Part shown: positions 27,859 to 39,965 of the stretch, piece by piece | Numbering within the stretch: the first letter of the stretch is position 1 | How the letters are laid out: each line of letters begins with the position of its first letter | DNA from: Candidatus Eiseniibacteriota bacterium | GTDB lineage: Bacteria; Eisenbacteria; RBG-16-71-46 | Assembly (NCBI GenBank): GCA_963776245.1 | Contig: CAVZLN010000003.1 | Coordinates: forward strand, 672,001 to 736,000 | Length of the DNA: 64,000 nucleotides | Direction: 5' to 3' | Notes under the pieces: generated by a model | What the model was told of the DNA's origin: nothing | What the model saw: the letters and a program-made list of their open reading frames with translations, nothing else | Database searches by the model: none | Made by a program: the position numbers and the translations under genes

Positions 27859-28608
27859 TCAGCGCGCCGCGGGCCGCAGCGCGCTCGCCCGGTTCAGCCG
27901 CTGCGCCCAGAGGCTGGTGGAGTCGATCGTCCGGTACTCGCGCGCGGACTGTTCCGCCTCGCGGCGGCGACCGCAGCGGGCGTTCAGCAGCGCGCGGTCG
28001 TAGAGCGCGGCCGGATAGCAGGGCGCGTCGCGGCGCACCGCGGCGAACTGGGCGATCGCCATCAGCGTCAGGGCGCGCGCGTCGCGCTGGTCGAGGGTGG
28101 CGTCGGCGCGCAGCGCCAGCGTCACGCCGAGTCCGAGCCGCGCCTCGCTGGTGTGCGCGGCCAGGTCGATGGCGCGGCGGTAGCGGACCTCGGCGTCGGC
28201 GTAGTGGCGTTGCGCCAGCGCGAGGTGGCCCTGCAGCGCGGGGATGCGCGGCTCGGCCAGCGCGCGCAGGCGTGCGCGCTCGAGCAGGGAGTCGGCCGCC
28301 TGCGCGAGCGCGTGGGTCCGCGCCGGATCGAGCGCGGGAGCGCTCGCGGTGTCGAACAGCACGGACTCGAACCGCAGTTCGCCGGCGGGCACCCGGAGCG
28401 CCTCCGTCACCAGCGCCCGCGCGGCACGCACCTCGGGGCCGCCGGGCAGGCCCACCACGGAGCGCACCGGCGCGATCGCCGCGATCACCGCGATCACCGC
28501 GAGGAGCACCAGGCTGGCGACGAACCCCGCGGCGGCGGCGGCGCTCCAGCGCGAGCGTCGCCGCGGTCGGTCGCTGGGGGACGGGTCGGCAGGTGGCGGG
28601 AGGGTCAT
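27859..28608 (-). CDS. Membrane-anchored TPR protein
   Basis: N-terminal TM; TPR-like YADAEVRYRRAIDL, EARLGLG, ALYDRALL. Start supported by TTGAAG-N17-TAGGCT at 28619-28647. Confidence 0.65.
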   Translation of the reverse strand: MTLPPPADPSPSDRPRRRSRWSAAAAAGFVASLVLLAVIAVIAAIAPVRSVVGLPGGPEVRAARALVTEALRVPAGELRFESVLFDTASAPALDPARTHALAQAADSLLERARLRALAEPRIPALQGHLALAQRHYADAEVRYRRAIDLAAHTSEARLGLGVTLALRADATLDQRDARALTLMAIAQFAAVRRDAPCYPAALYDRALLNARCGRRREAEQSAREYRTIDSTSLWAQRLNRASALRPAAR

Positions 28609-28895
28609 GGGCGGGCCCAGCCTATCCGCGCGGCGTCCGGGCTTCAATGGCCCCCCGGCGAAGGGGCCCGACCGGCGCCCGCCCGCCGCGCTGGCGCGTG
28701 CCGGGGCGCCGGAGACCGCCGCGAGATGGGGGTCGTGAGGGGCTCCTCCGCGGCCGATAACCCGGGGGCGCGGGCCGCCGCCGCGATCCATTGCTGCGGC
28801 GCGTGCGGGACTGTTATGTTGCGAGCGGACAACCATCTCGCTGCGCGCCACGATCCGAGTCCGTCCATCGACCCCGGGGAGCGAACCACACTCCT

Positions 28896-30140
28896 ATGGC
28901 CGTCGCCCGGTTCCTGCAGGTCTCCGACCTCCATCTTGGCCGCCCGTTCGGCTGGCTGACGCCCGAGCGCCGCGCCGAGCGCCGCAGCGACCAGCGCCGC
29001 GCGCTCGAACGCGTGGTGCGCGAGGCCATCGAGCGCGGGACCCACGCGATCCTGATCCCCGGCGACCTGTTCGACCAGGAGGGCGTGGACGCCGAGATGC
29101 TGGCGTTCGCGCTCCACGTGTTCGACCTCACCGGCTGCCCGCCGGTGTTCATCGCCCCGGGCAATCACGATCCGTATTCGAAGTCGAGCACCACCTGGAG
29201 CGTGCGCCTGCTCGAGGCGCGCGGCACCGCATGGCCGTCGCACGTGCACGTCTTCGGCACTCCGGAGTGGACCTCGGTGGCGCTCGAGACCGCGCCCGGG
29301 GCGCGCGTCTGGGGGCGCTGCCTGACGGCCAACGTGGACTCCACCGAGCGGCCGCTGTCGGCCGCGGCCCTGAAGCACGTCGGCCCCGCCGACCCGTCCG
29401 GCTTCGACATCGCGCTGTTCCACGGCTCGCACGAGGGCCGCTGCCCGCCGGGCCAGAAGATCACCGCGCCTTTCTCGGAAGCCGAGGCGCTGGCGGCGCC
29501 GTTCGCCTACCTGGCGGCTGGCCACTACCACGTGCCGTCGCGCATCGAGGCGAAGGAGCAGGAGGGCGCCCGCGCGGGCGCGGGCGTGCGGCTGGCGTAC
29601 GCGGGGTCGGCGACCGCGCTCGACCTCACCGAGGTGGGCGTGCACGGCGCGCTCGAGGTGCGGGTGGAGTACGGCTCCCGGCTGCCCTCCGTCGAGCTCG
29701 AGCCGGTCGAGCTCGACCGGCGCCGCGTGCACCACCTGACGGCCGATGTCACCGGGTGCTCGAGCGCGGAGCAGGTCGACCGCAAGGTGCTCAAGGCGCT
29801 CGACGACGCCCGCGCCTCCGAGATGGACATCGCGCTGGTGCGGTTGTCGGGCCGGCTGGTGAGCGGGGTGCGCTACGCGGGGCCCGGCCAGGACCTGCGC
29901 CTGCGCGCGTTCTTCGTGCGCACCGACCTGCGCGGAGTGCGCCCGGACCACGATCTGGAGGCCTATCGCACGGGCAACGGCAGCACCACCGAGGAGCGCT
30001 TCGCGCGCGCCCTGCTCGAACGCCTCGACGCCTGCACCGACGACGCCGAGCGCGGCACCATCGAGCGCGCTCTCTACTACGGGCTCGACGCGTTCCGGCT
30101 GCGCGAGGTGGTGCCGGCCTACGAGGAGCTCGAACGATGA
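28896..30140 (+). CDS. Mre11/SbcD-type DNA repair metallophosphoesterase (YhaO-like)
   Basis: SDLHLG, PGDLFD, PGNHD, FHGS, YLAAGHYH, YAGS. Confidence 0.9.
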   Translation: MAVARFLQVSDLHLGRPFGWLTPERRAERRSDQRRALERVVREAIERGTHAILIPGDLFDQEGVDAEMLAFALHVFDLTGCPPVFIAPGNHDPYSKSSTTWSVRLLEARGTAWPSHVHVFGTPEWTSVALETAPGARVWGRCLTANVDSTERPLSAAALKHVGPADPSGFDIALFHGSHEGRCPPGQKITAPFSEAEALAAPFAYLAAGHYHVPSRIEAKEQEGARAGAGVRLAYAGSATALDLTEVGVHGALEVRVEYGSRLPSVELEPVELDRRRVHHLTADVTGCSSAEQVDRKVLKALDDARASEMDIALVRLSGRLVSGVRYAGPGQDLRLRAFFVRTDLRGVRPDHDLEAYRTGNGSTTEERFARALLERLDACTDDAERGTIERALYYGLDAFRLREVVPAYEELER

Positions 30141-33031
30141 AGCTCCGGCGCCTCAAGGTCGGGGGCTTCGGCCCGCTCCGGGGGGAGTGGTCGTTCGATC
30201 CCGGGCGAGTGAACCTGGTCGTGGACGAGAACGAGCGCGGCAAGTCGAGCCTGCTCGCCGCCATCGCCGCGGCGCTCTATGGGCTCGAGGCCGACAAGCG
30301 CTCGCACCGCGTGCTCACCCCGCTCGAGCGCTGGCGCCCGTGGGACGGCGGCGCCTACCAGATCGAGCTCGAGGCCGAGCACGACGGCGAGACCTTCACC
30401 ATCCGGCGCGATTTCGAGCGCGGTTCGGTGGAGGTGTGGAACTCGCGCGGCCAGGAGGTGACGGCCGAGTTCCGCCACGGCAAGGAGGAGTACCCGGTGG
30501 GCCGCAAGTGGACCGGGCTCGACGCGGCGGAGTTCGAGAAGTGCGCGCTGGTGCGCCAGGGCGAGCTCGACGAGGTGGTGCCGTCCGACGAGAAGGCGCG
30601 CCGCGCGTCCACCCTCCACGCGCGGCTCGAGAACGCCGCCGACACGCGGGTCGGCGACACCAACGCCAGCGAGGCGCTCAGCGTGCTCGAGGGCGCGCTC
30701 AAGAAGCACACCTGCGCCGAGCTCGACTTCACCGGCACGGTGGACAACGCGGTCCAGCGTCTCGAGCTCAAGCTCGGAACGCTCGACACCGAGCTCAAGT
30801 CGCTCGAGCACGATCTCGAGCGCATGAGCGGCCCGCTCGAGGAACTGGCGCGGCGCGGCGAGGAGGAGCGCGCGGCGCGCGAGCAGCTCGACCACCTCGA
30901 CCTCGAGCGCCGCGACACCTTCGGGGCCGACCTGCGCCGCCAGCTGGCCGAGGACGACGAGCGCCGCGCCGCGCTGGAGGCGCTGCGCGCCGAGGCCAAG
31001 GCGCTCGAGGACGCCGCCCGCCTGCCCGAGAACGCGGAGTCCGAGCTGCGCGAGACCATCGCGCGCCTCGAGGAGGCGCAGCACAATCTGGAGGCGCTCG
31101 AGGCGCGCCGTCGCGACGAGCAGTCGCGCGAGCGCACCGCGCTCGAGAACGAGGAACAGGGGCTGGTGGCGTACGCGCGGTGCGCGCCCGAGGACGCCGA
31201 CCGCGCGGTCGGCCTGGCCGCCGAGGTGCGCCGCATCGCCGACGAGGACGCGCGCCTGCGCACCGAGGTGTTCAACCTGCGAGACGCGCTGGCGAGCAAG
31301 GGCTACGAGCCCGAGCGCATCCAGTTCCTGACCGCGCGCTTCGAGAATCTCGACGACAACCAGCAGCGCCTGCTGCGCGGCCAGTCCGAACTGGCGCTCG
31401 CGTTCCAGACCGAGGTCGCCACGCTCGAGCAGGCACGCACCGAGAGCACCGAGGTGCTGCGCTCGATCGACGCGCAGCGCCATCGCGTGCGCATCCCGGG
31501 CTGGGTGCTGATCGCGCTCGGCTCCGCCACCGCGATCGGGGGCGGCGCGGTGCTGGCGCTCCACGCCCCGCGCGTGCTCGGCCTCGTCATGCTCGGCACC
31601 GGCGCCGTGCTGGCGGCGGCGGGCGCCGCGTTCCTGGCCTCGGGGGGCAAGGCGCGGCTGGAGGACCGGGAACAGGCGCTGAAGCGCCTGAGCGACGCCC
31701 AGCGGCGGCTCAATCAGCTGCGTGGGAAGCGCGCCGAGGCCGATGTCGCGCTGGCCGAGCTGTCGCACGCGCGGGGCTACCGCGACCCGGTGGAACTGAT
31801 GCGCGAGTGGAACGAGTTCGCGCGGCTGATGGACGAGAGCGGGCCGGTCCTGCGCTCCGAGCAGCAGATCCGCGCCCTCGACACCCAGAAGCGCCAGGCC
31901 TTCGACGAGGTGCGCATGCTGCTCGAGCGCGTCGGCGGGGGCGCGCCCGAGCCCGCCACGCTCGAGCGCGTGGCGGCCGGCATCCGCCATCTCGCGGCGG
32001 TGCGCCAGCGCGTGTCGGAGCTCGACAAGTCGTACTCGTGGATCGACGAGGAGCGGCGCGTCGCCGAGGCCGCGGCGACCGGTCTGAAGGAGCGCGCGGT
32101 GCGCGTGCTGCAATCGGCCGGACTGACGCACGATCCCGGGCGACCCTGGGCGGAGCACGTCACCGAGCTGGCGGACCGCCTCAAGGGCAAGGTGCGCCAC
32201 TCGCTGCTCATCGGCGAGCTCATCCCGCAGGCCGAACGGAGCCTGCGCCGGTCGCACGAGACCGCGAGTCTGCGCGAGCAACTGACGCGCATCGAGGCCG
32301 AGCGTCCAGCCGGGGCCGCCGCGCCGTCGGCCACCCCGCGCGGCGCGCTGGAGATCGACAACGAGGCGCGCCTGCTGCGCGAGAAGCTCGAATCGGTTCA
32401 GAAATGGCGCGGCGACCTGCGGGTGGCGGTCGAGGAGGTGTGGCGGAAGTACCACGCCGAGCACCCGGAGAAGCTCGCGCAGCGCGAGCGGGTGGAGGCG
32501 GCGCTCGAACGCGTCCGGCGCTTCAAGCAGGCGGTGGACCTGGCGCGCGAGACCATCCAGAAGGTCGCGGTGGATACCCATCGGCGCTGGGCCGAGCATC
32601 TCAACCAGCGCGTCGGCGAACTGCTCTCGGGGATCGGCGCGGGTGTCGCGGAGGTGCGCTTCGGGGAGGACCTCGACTTCTCGGTCAAGCCCGCGCACGG
32701 CGGCCCGATGGCGCGCGGCAAGGCGGTGCTGGCGCTCTCGAGCGGCGCGCGCGACCAGCTGCACCTCGCGGTGCGGCTGGCGGTGAGCGAGTACCTCTCG
32801 CGCGGGCAGGAAGGCCTGCCGTTGTTGCTCGACGATCCGTTCGCCACCAGCGACGACGAGCGCGCGCGCGCCGGCATGCGCCTGCTGGTCGAGCACTTCG
32901 CGAAGCACCACCAGATCGTGTTCGCCACCTGCCACCGCCAGCGCGTCGAGGGCTTCGCCGCCCGCGACCCGGAGCTGTGGCGCGACGGCGTGCACCGCAT
33001 CGAGCTGCAGAGCGCGATCGCCACTCGATAG
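30137..33031 (+). CDS. Rad50/SbcC-type coiled-coil ABC ATPase with a central TM hairpin (YhaN-like)
   Basis: Walker A NERGKSS, Q-loop VRQGE, long coiled coil, two hydrophobic helices at about 31493-31648, signature LSSGARDQL, Walker B LLLDDPF, TCH; ATGA overlap. Confidence 0.88.
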   Translation: MKLRRLKVGGFGPLRGEWSFDPGRVNLVVDENERGKSSLLAAIAAALYGLEADKRSHRVLTPLERWRPWDGGAYQIELEAEHDGETFTIRRDFERGSVEVWNSRGQEVTAEFRHGKEEYPVGRKWTGLDAAEFEKCALVRQGELDEVVPSDEKARRASTLHARLENAADTRVGDTNASEALSVLEGALKKHTCAELDFTGTVDNAVQRLELKLGTLDTELKSLEHDLERMSGPLEELARRGEEERAAREQLDHLDLERRDTFGADLRRQLAEDDERRAALEALRAEAKALEDAARLPENAESELRETIARLEEAQHNLEALEARRRDEQSRERTALENEEQGLVAYARCAPEDADRAVGLAAEVRRIADEDARLRTEVFNLRDALASKGYEPERIQFLTARFENLDDNQQRLLRGQSELALAFQTEVATLEQARTESTEVLRSIDAQRHRVRIPGWVLIALGSATAIGGGAVLALHAPRVLGLVMLGTGAVLAAAGAAFLASGGKARLEDREQALKRLSDAQRRLNQLRGKRAEADVALAELSHARGYRDPVELMREWNEFARLMDESGPVLRSEQQIRALDTQKRQAFDEVRMLLERVGGGAPEPATLERVAAGIRHLAAVRQRVSELDKSYSWIDEERRVAEAAATGLKERAVRVLQSAGLTHDPGRPWAEHVTELADRLKGKVRHSLLIGELIPQAERSLRRSHETASLREQLTRIEAERPAGAAAPSATPRGALEIDNEARLLREKLESVQKWRGDLRVAVEEVWRKYHAEHPEKLAQRERVEAALERVRRFKQAVDLARETIQKVAVDTHRRWAEHLNQRVGELLSGIGAGVAEVRFGEDLDFSVKPAHGGPMARGKAVLALSSGARDQLHLAVRLAVSEYLSRGQEGLPLLLDDPFATSDDERARAGMRLLVEHFAKHHQIVFATCHRQRVEGFAARDPELWRDGVHRIELQSAIATR

Positions 33032-33048
33032 GCGGCGCGGCCATGCGA

Positions 33049-33080
33049 AAGCCCCCGGAGGCGCCTGCCTCCGGGGGCTT
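33049..33080. terminator. Hairpin terminator between convergent genes
   Basis: 14-bp perfect stem aagcccccggaggc / gcctccgggggctt with a 4-nt loop. Confidence 0.8.
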
Positions 33081-33120
33081 CGTGCGCGCCCCGACCGCGC
33101 GCGGTCGCCGATGCGCGGTG

Positions 33121-33600
33121 TCAGGCGCCGCGCGGCGGGCTGGACGATACGCGGTCGTCGTCGGGGGCGCTGCGCCGCACGATGTACGAGCTGACGAGCA
33201 GGGCGATGCCGACCAGCGTCGGGATCGAGCCGACGGCCCAGATGTTCTTGTCCTCGCCGTCGCCGATGTAGTAGAGCATGATGCCGACGCCGATCCCCGC
33301 CGCGAGCGTGACCAGGCCGCCGACCATCAGGCCCTGCGCGCGTCGCAGCGCGGCCTGGTGCGGCGACATGTACATGGCCGCGAGGTCGTCCCCGCCGCCC
33401 ATCGCCACCGGCAGCGGCGGCAGCTTGCTGGGATCGATGCCCTTCTCGATCGCAGCGATGCGTTCGCGCTGTGCCAGTTCGATGAGGCGCTGCTGGCCGA
33501 GCGTGCGGACGATCCCGGCGGTGATGCCGCCCACGATGGCGACGATCGGGATCGCGAAGATCATGATGGGGACGAACTCCCCGATATTGAAGCTGGACAT
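33121..33600 (-). CDS. DUF6249-like membrane protein
   Basis: TM helix, RERIAAIEKGIDP, then two C-terminal TM helices; divergent from the ECF sigma; AAGGAG RBS. Confidence 0.7.
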   Translation of the reverse strand: MSSFNIGEFVPIMIFAIPIVAIVGGITAGIVRTLGQQRLIELAQRERIAAIEKGIDPSKLPPLPVAMGGGDDLAAMYMSPHQAALRRAQGLMVGGLVTLAAGIGVGIMLYYIGDGEDKNIWAVGSIPTLVGIALLVSSYIVRRSAPDDDRVSSSPPRGA

Positions 33601-33672
33601 GGCGTGCTCCTTTCCCGCGTCACGGACGTCCGCCGCCGGGCCATCCGGAGCGTCCGTCTCGGCCTACACCCC

Positions 33673-33703
33673 TTCGACCGGGGGGCCGGGGGGCCGGGTT
33701 TCA
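33673..33703 (-). promoter_or_regulatory. Candidate ECF-sigma promoter for the DUF6249-like gene
   Basis: TGAAACC-N17-GGTCGAA. Confidence 0.4.
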
Positions 33704-33743
33704 GGGAATCCGCTAGAGTCCCGGGAGGCCCGGAGACCCGTCG

Positions 33744-34409
33744 GTGAAACCTCATGAGCCCCGCGAGCCGTCCAACCTGGCGATGAGCGAGGTGGCGTTG
33801 CCGAGAGCCGCCGCCGGCCCGGCGGCGCGTCCGCGGTCCGCGACCCCCGCCGCCCCGGCCGGGGTGGCCGGGGCCGAGCGGGCGCTGGTGGACCGCGCCC
33901 GACAGGGAGACGAGGAGGCCTTCGAGATGCTGGTGGACCTTCACCGCGATCGCGCCTACGGGCTGGCGCTGCGCATCACGCGTTCGCGCGAGGACGCCGA
34001 GGACGTGGCGCAGGAGTCGTTCGTGCGCGCGTGGCTCGCGTTGCCGCGCTTCCGCGGCGAGTCCGCCTTCGGCACCTGGCTCCACCGCATCGTGGCCCGC
34101 CGCGCGCTCGACCGTGCGGCCACCCTGCAGGTCCGCCGCGCGCGCGAGACCGAGGTCGAAAGCGTGGGCGAGCTGCCCGCGGCGCCCGGCCGCACGCACG
34201 ACGTGGCGCTGGCCCGCCGGCTCGAGCGCCTGATGGCGCGGCTCACGCCGCCGCAGCGCGCGGCGGTCACGCTCTTCTACTTCGAGGACCGCCCGGTGGA
34301 GGAGATCGCGCTGGTGCTCGGCAGCCCCGAGAACACGGTGAAGACCCATCTGAGCCGCGCGCGCGCCGCACTGCGCGAGGCCTGGGTGCGCGAGGAGGGC
34401 GGGCGATGA
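33744..34409 (+). CDS. ECF RNA polymerase sigma factor (start may be 33783)
   Basis: GDEEAFEMLV, DAEDVAQESFVRAW, FGTWLHRI, EEIALVLGSPENTVKTHLSRAR. Confidence 0.92.
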   Translation: MKPHEPREPSNLAMSEVALPRAAAGPAARPRSATPAAPAGVAGAERALVDRARQGDEEAFEMLVDLHRDRAYGLALRITRSREDAEDVAQESFVRAWLALPRFRGESAFGTWLHRIVARRALDRAATLQVRRARETEVESVGELPAAPGRTHDVALARRLERLMARLTPPQRAAVTLFYFEDRPVEEIALVLGSPENTVKTHLSRARAALREAWVREEGGR

Positions 34410-34987
34410 GGTGCGCGGCCTTCACGGAATGGCTCGATGGCGGCCGTCCCGAGACCGTGGCCGTCGCGATGCGCGCCCACGCCGGGGAGTGCCCGCGCTG
34501 TGCGGCCGCGCTGCGCGCCGCGCAGGAGCTCGACGAGGCGCTCGCGGTCCGGGTCCGCGTGACCGCGCCCGCGGGATTCACCGCCGGCGTGATGCGCCGG
34601 GTGCGCGAGGCGCGCGCCGCGGCCGCGCCGGCCCGGGTGCTGTCGCTGCCGCCGGCGCTGGCGTGGTGGGTGCGCGCCGCGGCCGACCCGTGGGTCGCCG
34701 TGTCGCTGCTGCTCTCGGCGACGGTGGCGTGGCGGCACGAGGCGTTGTGGGCGATCGCGGCCGATCTCGCGGCGCGCATCGCCGCGTTCGGCGAGATCAC
34801 CCTGCGGCTGCCGGGCGCCGGATCGCTCACGATCGGGACGCCCGCGCTGCTGCGGGTGTTCGCGGACCCGTTCGTGCTGCTCGGCCTGGCGCTCGCGCTG
34901 GCGCCCGCCGGATTGTGGGCATCATGGCGGCTGTTCCGCTGGTCCGAGCACGCGGTCGCGATGGCCGGACAGCGGCGCGCGCGCTGA
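34406..34987 (+). CDS. Zinc-binding (ZAS, zf-HC2) membrane anti-sigma factor
   Basis: HAGECPRC (HxxxCxxC), APAGFTAGVMRRV, C-terminal TM helices; ATGA overlap with the sigma gene. Confidence 0.8.
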   Translation: MRCAAFTEWLDGGRPETVAVAMRAHAGECPRCAAALRAAQELDEALAVRVRVTAPAGFTAGVMRRVREARAAAAPARVLSLPPALAWWVRAAADPWVAVSLLLSATVAWRHEALWAIAADLAARIAAFGEITLRLPGAGSLTIGTPALLRVFADPFVLLGLALALAPAGLWASWRLFRWSEHAVAMAGQRRAR

Positions 34988-35065
34988 ATCGCGCCCGTCA
35001 TCGGCCGGGGCGCGTGACCGGCGCGTGACATCGTCCGCGCGCGGAGTCTGCTACCCTCGACCGCG

Positions 35066-37341
<2,276 letters not shown>

Positions 37342-37345
<4 letters not shown>

Positions 37346-39186
37346 CGTTCCCGGTCGCACCACTGGCCCGACTGACGCTCGCGTTCGCGCTGGCGCTCGG
37401 CGCGCCACCGGCACACGCGCAGTTCGGTTCGGCGACGCCGGCGGAACCGCCGCGGGAGATCCTCGCGGTCTCGGCCGCGCCGCTCGCGCTGACGGCCGGC
37501 GGCACGGGGACCGCCGAGGTGCGGCTCACCCTCGTGCCGGGATGGCACGCCAACGCGAACCCGCCATCGCCCGACTACATGATCCCGACCGAGGTGGTGT
37601 TCGAGTCCGCGGAGGGGCTGAGCGCCGGCCCGCCCGCGTACCCGCCTGCGGTGCCGCTCAAGGTGGGATTCGAGGCGAACCCGATCTCGGTCTACGGCGG
37701 CACCGTGGTGGTGCGCGTGCCGGTGACCGCGACCGGCGCCGCGGGTGGCGCCCACGTGCTGAAGGGGACGGTGCGCTTCCAGGCGTGCAACGATCAGGTG
37801 TGCCTGCCGCCGTCCGAGGTGCCGTTCGCGCTCGCCGTCACGGTGAGCAGTGGCCCGGCTGCCGCCGGCGCCTCTCCCGCGGCGGACGCCGGCGTCGGTG
37901 GCGCGCCGTCCGCCGACTCGCTCGCGAGGCCCGCGGCCGGGCCCGCGACCCCCGCCGCGCCCGCGCCGGAGCAGAACCGCGCGCTGGCCGCGGCGCTCGC
38001 CCGCGGCGGACTGTGGTGGTTCCTGGCGCTGTTCCTCGGCGGGCTCGCGCTCAACCTCACGCCGTGCGTGTTCCCGATGCTGGGCATCACCGTCTCGGTG
38101 TTCGGCGCGCGCAAGAAGGAACCGCCACTCAAGGTCGTGGCCCACGCCGTCGCGTACGTGCTCGGCATCTCGGTGACGTACTCCGCGCTCGGGGTGGTGG
38201 CCGCGCTCACCGGCGGACTGTTCGGCGCGGCGCTCCAGAGCCCGCTCGTGAACGTCGGCCTCGGCGTGCTGTTCGTGGTGCTGGCGCTGTCGATGTTCGG
38301 GCTCTACGAGATGCAGCCGCCGGCGGGACTGCTCCAGCGCCTCGGCGGCGCGGATGCCACCTCGCTGGTCGGCATCTTCATCTCCGGGCTCGCGGTCGGG
38401 ATCATCGCCGCGCCCTGCGTCGGTCCGTTCGTGGTCGCGGTGCTCGCGCTGATCGCCCTGCGCGGGGACGCGTGGTTCGGTCTCCAGACCATGTTCGCGC
38501 TCTCACTCGGCCTGGGCCTCCCGTACCTCGTGCTCGCGGTGTTCTCCAACCTGCTCCAGAGCCTGCCCCGCTCCGGGGACTGGATGCTGTGGGTGAAGAA
38601 GGTCTTCGGCGTGCTGCTGGTGGGGATCGGGCTCTACTACGTGCTGGTCGGCCTGGCGCCCGCGTTCGCGCCGTGGATCGCGCCGCTGACCTTGATCCTG
38701 GGCGGATCGTACCTCGGCTTCGTGGATCCGCACGGCTCGCGGAAGCGGGGGTTCCGCGTCCTCAAGCGGGCGCTCGGGGTGCTCGCGCTCGTGGGCGGCG
38801 TCGCGTCGGTGGCGATCCTGCGCGCCGAGGGCATCCGCTTCGAGCCGTACAGCGAGGCCGCGATGCAGGCCGCGATCGCCCAGGGCCGGCCCGTCCTGCT
38901 CGAGTTCTCGGCCAGCTGGTGCGCGCCGTGCCATGAACTCGACCGCTACACCTTCACCGACCGGCGCGTGGTCGCACTCTCGCGCCGGTACGCGGCGTTC
39001 AAGGTCGACCTGACACGCTACGACGCGCCCGAGTCCCAGGCGGTGCGCAAGCGCTACGGGGTGACGGGAGTGCCCGAGGTGCTGTTCTTCACGCGCGGCG
39101 GGGACGAGCTCCGCGCGGCGCGGGTGATCGGGTTCATGCCGGCGGAGCCGTTCCTCGAGCGCATGCGGGCCGCCCTCGGCGGGTGA
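37342..39186 (+). CDS. dsbD: Thiol:disulfide interchange protein DsbD
   Basis: N-domain [13 protein letters not shown] domain LTPCVFP and [15 protein letters not shown], thioredoxin WCAPC. Confidence 0.88.
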
Positions 39187-39215
39187 GCGCGCGGCGCCCG
39201 CGGCGCGCATGCACG

Positions 39216-39245
39216 AGGGCCGCGCCCCATCGGGGACGCGGCCCT
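39216..39245. terminator. Hairpin between convergent genes
   Basis: agggccgcg-cccc-atc-gggg-a-cgcggccct. Confidence 0.55.
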
Positions 39246-39279
39246 TCCTGCCACCGGGCGCGCCGGGCGCCGGGCGCGG

Positions 39280-39762
39280 CTACATCTTGAAGTTCCAGCC
39301 CACCATGATCTTCAGCGACGGGAGATCGCCGAGGCCGAAGCGCAGCTCGCCGAAGAAGCGGTCGCCGCTCCGGGTCGGGGCCTCGGCGCCGACGACGAGG
39401 TTGCCGCCGACGCTGGTGTCGGAGGAGCCTCCCGGCCCGCCGGCGTCCCAGGAGTAGAAGGCGATGCCGAGGCCGCCGCCCGCGTACGGCTTCCACACCG
39501 AGTTGGCGATGTCGAAGTGGTACTGCAGGTCGAAGTTCGGCTGGATGGTGGTGATGTGGTCGCCGAGGCCGATCTCGAGATTCGGGTCGAAGGTCAGGCT
39601 GGGGGCGATCTCGCCGACGTGCAGCTGGCCGCCGAACGTCAACTGGTCGGGATCGACGCTGAGCCCGATGCGCGGGCCGTAGCCGGTGACCGAAGCGTTG
39701 GCCGCGAGTGCGGCGGTGGGGAGGAGCGCGGCCAGCGCGCCCGCGATGAGGATTCCCTTCAA
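39280..39762 (-). CDS. Small outer-membrane beta-barrel protein
   Basis: AAGAAGGAGG RBS plus TTG; signal peptide; YGPRIGLSVDPDQ, PYAGGGLGI, C-terminal VGWNF. Upstream TTGCGG-N18-TATGCT at 39816-39845. Confidence 0.8.
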   Translation of the reverse strand: MKGILIAGALAALLPTAALAANASVTGYGPRIGLSVDPDQLTFGGQLHVGEIAPSLTFDPNLEIGLGDHITTIQPNFDLQYHFDIANSVWKPYAGGGLGIAFYSWDAGGPGGSSDTSVGGNLVVGAEAPTRSGDRFFGELRFGLGDLPSLKIMVGWNFKM

Positions 39763-39965
39763 GACGACCTCCTTCTTGGTGGATACGCCGTGGGGAGCGA
39801 GCCGGGGAGGCCCGCAGCATACGCGGACGCGGTGCGCCGCCGCAATGGCGGGACGCGCCCGGGCACCGGGGCCCGGGCGGGGGACGGCCTCCTCGGGTCC
39901 CGCGCCGCGTGCGCTATGCTGCCGCCCATCCTCATTCGCACATCCGCTTCCCCGGGAGGGTCGTC

